Of a DNA stretch of 64,000 nt, positions 59,061-64,000 are shown in pieces (the stretch's first letter is position 1; each line of letters starts with the position of its first letter). Below the pieces are notes generated by a model. That model ran no database searches. It was not told where the DNA came from and saw only the letters and a program-made list of their open reading frames with translations. Source of the DNA: Thermoflexales bacterium (GTDB lineage Bacteria > Chloroflexota > Anaerolineae > J036 > Brachytrichaceae); contig JBKBID010000003.1 in assembly GCA_046299515.1 (NCBI GenBank), forward strand, positions 42,345-106,344, given 5' to 3'. The position numbers and the translations under genes were made by a program.

Positions 59061-59348
59061 ATGCACTACGCCGAGTTCAAAGCATCATTGGCATCGAACG
59101 AGCCGCCAGCCGGGCTGAGCCTGGCCATGCAAGCGCTGTGGTGGGACGCCAAAGGCGATTGGGGCAAAGCGCATGCCTGCGCCCAGGCGCAGGACGACGC
59201 AGACGGCGCATGGGTGCATGCCTATCTACACCGTAAGGAGGGCGACGCCTTCAACGCCGGCTACTGGTATCGCCAGGCGGGCAAGCCTCCCTTCACCGGC
59301 TCGCTCGAGGCGGAGTGGGAATCGCTTGTGCAGGCGTTGTTGCGTTAG
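59061..59348 (+). CDS. Small conserved hypothetical helical protein (95 aa)
   Basis: W.KAH...Q, WVHAYLHRKEGD..NAGYWY motif. Confidence 0.8.
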   Translation: MHYAEFKASLASNEPPAGLSLAMQALWWDAKGDWGKAHACAQAQDDADGAWVHAYLHRKEGDAFNAGYWYRQAGKPPFTGSLEAEWESLVQALLR

Positions 59349-60901
59349 GCTAACGAGTCGAGAAATCGCTTCGCCTGCGCGCGCAGCGCATTCACTTCGC
59401 CGGCCTCCATCTTGCGCAGAGCCATCACCGGCATACTGGTGCGCGGGTTCGCGCCCAGGGCATCGGCGTTGCGCGCGACGAAGTCCCAGTACAGCGCGTT
59501 GAACGGGCAAGCGCGTTCGCCCAGACGCCGCCGCGGATCGTAAAGGCATCCCTCGCAGTAGGTGCTCATCTTGTGGATGTAATTCGCGCTGGCGGCATAG
59601 GGCTTGGTGCCGACGATGCCGCCGTCGCCATACGTGCCCATGCCCACCACATTGGGCGTCACCACCCAGTCGTAGGCATCCACATACGTCGCGAAGAACC
59701 ACTCGTTGACCTCTTGCGGGCTGATGCCGGCGAGCAGCGCGAAGTTGCACAGCACCATCAGCCGCTGGATGTGATGCGTGTAGCCGCGCTCCCACACGCC
59801 CTGCACACACTCGCGCAAGCAGGCCATCTCGGTTTGCGCGTCCCAGTAGAACTTCGGCAGCGGCCGCGTCGCGTTCAGGGCGTTCATCTCGCGCAGCCTA
59901 GGCATCTCGCGCCAGTAACAGGCGTAGACGAATTCGCGCCAGCCGATCAGTTGCCGAATGAACCCCTCGACCGAGTTGAGCGGCGCGCGGCCTTTGCGAT
60001 AAGCCTGCTCCGCCATCGCGCACAGTTCGTCGCGCTCCAGCAGGCCGATGTTGAGCAGCGGCGAGAGCATCGAATGGAACAGCACCGGCTGCCCGCTCAC
60101 CATCGCGTCTTCGTAAGGGCCAAAGTCGGGCAGGCGATGGGCGATGAAGTCGGCGCAGAACCTCAGCGCATCTTCGCGCGTCACCGGCAAAGCGAAGCCA
60201 TCCAGCGCGCCCCAGGCCGTCTCCACTTGCGCGACTTCGGCGATGACCGCGCGGGTGATCGCGTCGGGCGCGAACACGGGCAGGGGCGGAATTGATGGGG
60301 CAGTCGGCCGGTCAGCAATGCTCAACGCGGCATGTTTCACCCGCCATTCTTTCGGCGGCGGCCGGCGGTTCTCATCGTCGAAGTTCCACTTGCCGCCGAC
60401 GGGTTGGTCGCCGTCCATCAGGTAGCCGGTGCGTCGGCGCATCTTGCGATAGAACGTCTCCATCAGCGGCGACCGACTCGCGCCCAAGTCTTCCGGCTTG
60501 GCCAGGAAGAACCGCGAATCGAGCAGCAAAAATTCGGCAACCGAATTGCCTCCTGTCCGGCTCAACTGCTCCACAAAGGCGCGACCCTGCCAGGTGTTGG
60601 GCTGCATGACGACGATGCGCGCAGGCGCATGCGCCGCGACGTGCGCGCGCAGGCCGGCCTCGAACGTCGCAGCTTTGCGATAGTCCACCTGCCAGCCCAG
60701 GTCGCGCATGACCTGGGCAAAATGGCGCATGGCGCTGAGCACCAGGATGAGCTTATGTTTGTGCCACGGCCGCGAACGAATCTTGGCCGCGCTCTCAATA
60801 AAGAGCAGCCGCGTGTTGGCCGGGCCTAACCCTTGTTGCGCCAGCCACTCCGGCCAGCGATGGGAGAGTTGATCGCCGAGGATCCAGGCCGTTGTGTGCA
60901 T
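59345..60901 (-). CDS. Fe-S cluster bacterial cryptochrome/(6-4) photolyase (PhrB/CryB-like)
   Basis: ILGDQL, HKHKLILVLSAMRHF, GGKWNFD.ENR, HHIQRLMV, Cys cluster YCEGC...CPFN. Confidence 0.92.
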   Translation of the reverse strand: MHTTAWILGDQLSHRWPEWLAQQGLGPANTRLLFIESAAKIRSRPWHKHKLILVLSAMRHFAQVMRDLGWQVDYRKAATFEAGLRAHVAAHAPARIVVMQPNTWQGRAFVEQLSRTGGNSVAEFLLLDSRFFLAKPEDLGASRSPLMETFYRKMRRRTGYLMDGDQPVGGKWNFDDENRRPPPKEWRVKHAALSIADRPTAPSIPPLPVFAPDAITRAVIAEVAQVETAWGALDGFALPVTREDALRFCADFIAHRLPDFGPYEDAMVSGQPVLFHSMLSPLLNIGLLERDELCAMAEQAYRKGRAPLNSVEGFIRQLIGWREFVYACYWREMPRLREMNALNATRPLPKFYWDAQTEMACLRECVQGVWERGYTHHIQRLMVLCNFALLAGISPQEVNEWFFATYVDAYDWVVTPNVVGMGTYGDGGIVGTKPYAASANYIHKMSTYCEGCLYDPRRRLGERACPFNALYWDFVARNADALGANPRTSMPVMALRKMEAGEVNALRAQAKRFLDSLA

Positions 60902-60902
60902 C

Positions 60903-60937
60903 CCCGATTGGGGCGTGGAAATTTGGGATTGACGATT
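60903..60937. repeat. Degenerate heptamer run (5 units) upstream of the photolyase
   Basis: Minus strand aatcgtc aatccca aatttcc acgcccc aatcggg. Confidence 0.55.
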
Positions 60938-60967
60938 CACGCGCGCTTACCTTCTAGAACTGGCGAC

Positions 60968-61831
60968 TCATTCACAGGGTTGACCGGCGCGCCACAGCGC
61001 TGCGAGATCGGCCGGCCGGACGGCCTCGGTTGCGATGCTCCACACCCGCGCGTCCTGCACGGCCTGGACGTCCGCGCCGTCGAAATCGGTCAGGATGAAC
61101 GGCGCGTCGTCCAGCGGCCAATCCTCCAACGAGGACACGGCATAGACGATGTGGTCGCCAACCAACGGCCCGTCCGAAGCATCTCGCAGCCAATCTGGGG
61201 CGCGAACCACGATGATGTTATCGGCGCGGTAGCCGCGCGCGACATCCACCATCCGCTGATTCATCGCGCGCCACTTGGGCGTGGCAATCGGCCGGGCAAA
61301 TGGTTCGAGCCACACGCCGGGCGCGCTGCGCAGATACGTCAGGACCAGCCGCAGCCACTCCTCGGCCGCTTCGCCCTGCTTGCGCACCGTCTCGCCGGGG
61401 TCGTTGCGATAGGCGAGGACGACGAGCATACCCAGCGCATTGGCCTGCTCAATGAAAGGCGATACGGCTGCCGGCACGAACGTCGGCGTAATCTCGCGTT
61501 GCTCGATGGGCAAGCGCACGACGCGCGCACCGGCTTCGGCCAGGCTGCGGAGGCGCTGTGCAGCATTGCGCTCGCTCTGCGCCATTTCCGTCAGCGTAGG
61601 CAGGCTCGCCCCATGCAGGATGATGACGTTGCCCCCCGCATCAACGATCCACCGTCCCGCGACGCGCAACGCGCAGTACTGCGGGACGACCGGCGTCGGC
61701 GTAGCCGCGACGGCGAGCGGGCGCCCGCCGCACGCGCAAAGCAAGAGCGCGCCCAAGGCGATCGCCGGCCAGCTCTGGGGAAGGCGCGACGCGCCGCCCG
61801 GCCGACGGATCGCCGAACGATAGATGTTCAC
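60968..61831 (-). CDS. Lipoprotein with degenerate GH5-like TIM-barrel sequence
   Basis: Lipobox-like LLCAC; LRV.G..IVD..G..IILHG, G.RVVRLP; catalytic motifs altered; GTG start 7 nt after TATACT. Confidence 0.6.
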   Translation of the reverse strand: MNIYRSAIRRPGGASRLPQSWPAIALGALLLCACGGRPLAVAATPTPVVPQYCALRVAGRWIVDAGGNVIILHGASLPTLTEMAQSERNAAQRLRSLAEAGARVVRLPIEQREITPTFVPAAVSPFIEQANALGMLVVLAYRNDPGETVRKQGEAAEEWLRLVLTYLRSAPGVWLEPFARPIATPKWRAMNQRMVDVARGYRADNIIVVRAPDWLRDASDGPLVGDHIVYAVSSLEDWPLDDAPFILTDFDGADVQAVQDARVWSIATEAVRPADLAALWRAGQPCE

Positions 61832-61936
61832 CTGGCCGAGTATAAATGTATGCCGATCGAGCAATGCATCTGACACAGCATCTCCGTCATATCGCACCTT
61901 CCGCGCTTCGTATAATCCTTGGCCGATCACGATCCC

Positions 61937-63268
61937 ATGGGCAAGACATTCGCAGAGAAGGCGCTGGCGCGCGCTTCGGGCCAGCCGGAGACGACCGCCG
62001 GGCAGATCGTTGACGCGCGCCCCGATCGCGTGCTCAGCCACGACAACACCGCAGCCATCTACCGATTGTTCAAGCAGCTCGGTATTGAGCGGGTCAAGCA
62101 CCCTGAACGCTTGTGCATCACGCTCGATCACGCTGTGCCCGCGCCGACAACGCAGCACGCACAAAACCACGCCGAGGTGCGCCGTTTTGTCCGCGAGCAG
62201 GGCGTCCGGCATTTCTTTGAAGTCGGGCGCGGCATCTGCCATCAGGTGCTCAGCGAAGAGGCGCTGGTGCTGCCGGGGATGACCATCCTCGGCTCGGACT
62301 CGCACACGACGCATTTTGGGTGGCTGGGCGCGTTCGGCGCCGGCATCGGGCGCAGCGAAGTAGCGGCCCTCTGGGCGACGGGCGAACTGTGGCTGCGCGT
62401 GCCGGAAAGCATGCGGGTCGTCGTCACCGGCAGCCTGCCGCCATGGGTCACGGCTAAGGATTTCTGCCTCAAGCTGATCGGCGATCTCGGCCAGGATGGG
62501 GGCCTGTATCGCTCCGTGGAATTTCACGGCGACGGCATCGGCCGGCTGAGCTTGGAAAGCCGGATGGTCATTCCCAACATGATGGCGGAGTTCGGCGCGA
62601 AGAACGCTTACCTGCCGCCGGATGAGGCAGTCTTCGCATATTTGGAAGAACGCCTGCAGCGTCGCCTGCGCACAGCCGCAGCGGAGCAGGACGCGGTCGA
62701 GTGCGCCGCTGTCGAATCACAACTGGCCACTCTGCGGAGCAACGCGCTGTATCCTGACGCCGACGCGAACTACGCCGTCGAATATCGCTACGAACTCGGC
62801 GCGCTCGAGCCGATGGTCGCGCAGCCGCATCGCGTGGACAACGTCGCGCCGATCAGCGAGGTGAAGGGCCGTCCGGTGCAGCAGGCTTGGCTGGGCACGT
62901 GTACCAACGGCCGGCTCGAAGACATCGCCGCCGCGTGCGACGTGCTGCGCGGGCGACGCATTGCGCGCACTACGCGCCTGCTGTGGAATCCGGCGTCGTC
63001 CGAGGTGCTGCAAGCCGCGCTGCGGCTCGGCTATGTGGCGACCTTCCTGGAGGCCGGCGGCGTGATCAGCGCGCCTGGGTGCGGCCCGTGCATGGGCAAT
63101 CACATGGGCGTGCCGGCAGTGGGCGAAGTCACGATCAGCAGCGCCAATCGCAACTTTCGCGGGCGCATGGGCACGCGGGAAGCCGAGATCTACCTCGCTT
63201 CGCCTGCAGTGGTCGCCGCCAGCGCCGTCGCCGGCGTCATCGCCGACCCGCGAGAAATTGCCGGCTGA
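61937..63268 (+). CDS. 3-isopropylmalate dehydratase / homoaconitase large subunit (LeuC2/HacA type)
   Basis: [43 protein letters not shown]; substrate ambiguous. Confidence 0.9.
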   Translation: MGKTFAEKALARASGQPETTAGQIVDARPDRVLSHDNTAAIYRLFKQLGIERVKHPERLCITLDHAVPAPTTQHAQNHAEVRRFVREQGVRHFFEVGRGICHQVLSEEALVLPGMTILGSDSHTTHFGWLGAFGAGIGRSEVAALWATGELWLRVPESMRVVVTGSLPPWVTAKDFCLKLIGDLGQDGGLYRSVEFHGDGIGRLSLESRMVIPNMMAEFGAKNAYLPPDEAVFAYLEERLQRRLRTAAAEQDAVECAAVESQLATLRSNALYPDADANYAVEYRYELGALEPMVAQPHRVDNVAPISEVKGRPVQQAWLGTCTNGRLEDIAAACDVLRGRRIARTTRLLWNPASSEVLQAALRLGYVATFLEAGGVISAPGCGPCMGNHMGVPAVGEVTISSANRNFRGRMGTREAEIYLASPAVVAASAVAGVIADPREIAG

Positions 63269-63324
63269 GGCGGCGGAAATCCGCGGATTTATGCCATCGC
63301 CCGTGCTATACTGTTGAGCTATAG

Positions 63325-63408
63325 GCCGAAGTGGCGGAACTGGCAGACGCGCACGACTCAAAATCGTGTTCCCTTGCGGGAGTGTGGGTTCGATTCCCAC
63401 CTTCGGCA
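63325..63408 (+). tRNA. tRNA-Leu(CAA), CCA not encoded
   Basis: Acceptor GCCGAAG/CTTCGGC, anticodon arm CACGA-CTCAAAA-TCGTG, long variable arm, GTTCGATTC T-loop; followed by ATC; TGcTATACT at 63304-63312. Confidence 0.97.
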
Positions 63409-63472
63409 TCTCGGCTGTAGTTTTGTCAACGCAGCTTGCCCCTCGCGCGGGCGCTACAATTGCGCCGGACGC

Positions 63473-64000
63473 ATGACTCAGGCGCGCCTCCCTACGTTTC
63501 TCCTCATTGCGCTGGCCATCCTGCTCGGCACCATCGCGCTAGATGTTTTGTTGCCGGTTGTGCGGCTGCCGACGGTGCCGCTCCCCGATCTGCTGCAGAA
63601 CTACGTCACGGTCTTCCTCGGCATTTTTATCGAAGCGGCACCCTTCCTGTTGCTGGGCAGCCTGGCTTCAGGTTTAATCGCCGAGTTCGTCACCGCTGAT
63701 GACATCGCGCGCCTCTTCCCGCGCAACAAAATCGCCGGCGCAGCAGCCGGCGCGCTCCTAGGGATGATCTTTCCAGTGTGCGAGTGCGGCGTGGTGCCTG
63801 TGGTGCGGCGGCTATACCAGAAAGGTTTCCCCATCTCGGCCGGCATCGCCTTTTTGCTCGGCGCGCCCGTGCTGAACCCAATCGTCATCGCCAGCACCTA
63901 CGCCGCCTTCGGCCTCGGGCCGATCTTCTGGGGGCGCATCGCTTTCACGCTGCTGATCGCGACCGGCGTCGGTCTGGTGTTCAGTGTGCAATCCAACCTC
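63473..64000 (+). CDS. Permease (DUF318/ArsP-like), 3' end outside window
   Basis: Hand translation: [36 protein letters not shown]. Confidence 0.88.
   Translation, partial: MTQARLPTFLLIALAILLGTIALDVLLPVVRLPTVPLPDLLQNYVTVFLGIFIEAAPFLLLGSLASGLIAEFVTADDIARLFPRNKIAGAAAGALLGMIFPVCECGVVPVVRRLYQKGFPISAGIAFLLGAPVLNPIVIASTYAAFGLGPIFWGRIAFTLLIATGVGLVFSVQSNL

Noticed and set aside
61832-62527. 5' extension of the 519-aa minus-strand ORF
   Set aside because: Antisense to the LeuC/HacA gene; the lipoprotein signal begins near 61831.
63325-64000. tRNA-targeted integrative element
   Set aside because: No integrase and no duplicated tRNA 3' end seen within the window.

Overview
A high-GC, mostly housekeeping bacterial chromosome segment. 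Gene content (auracyanin-like cupredoxin, Pro/Thr-linked secreted proteins, dcw arrangement) suggests Chloroflexota, probably Anaerolineae/Roseilinea-like; this is an inference. In order it carries: a partial MeaB GTPase, a histidine phosphatase and a ParB/Srx-domain protein; an nrdR-nrdJ operon whose B12-dependent ribonucleotide reductase has two LAGLIDADG inteins; a near-complete dcw cluster (mraZ to ftsZ, no murE, extra CvpA-like gene); ccmCD, tdk, hpt; dnaX-ybaB-recR; a probable CC-adding enzyme; a PstS-like lipoprotein; a Tat-type blue copper protein; recX-rny-yebC-ruvC-ruvA-murJ; a secreted-protein block (DUF1501, beta-propeller protein, DUF1800, PPC-domain protein); pheS, a ResB-like gene, HtrA, an MFS transporter, an Fe-S photolyase, a degenerate GH5-like lipoprotein, LeuC/HacA, tRNA-Leu(CAA) and a partial permease. 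Main leads: (1) a tight DUF1501/beta-propeller/DUF1800 operon of unknown function; (2) DnaA boxes in matching positions at the sigma70-like promoters of both mraZ and ftsZ; (3) a DnaX lacking all four zinc cysteines; (4) several apparently leaderless genes; (5) heptamer-repeat tracts at operon junctions, including where murE is missing. No CRISPR array, rRNA, transposase or integrase was seen. Coordinates and motifs were read by eye; family calls were made without database searches.
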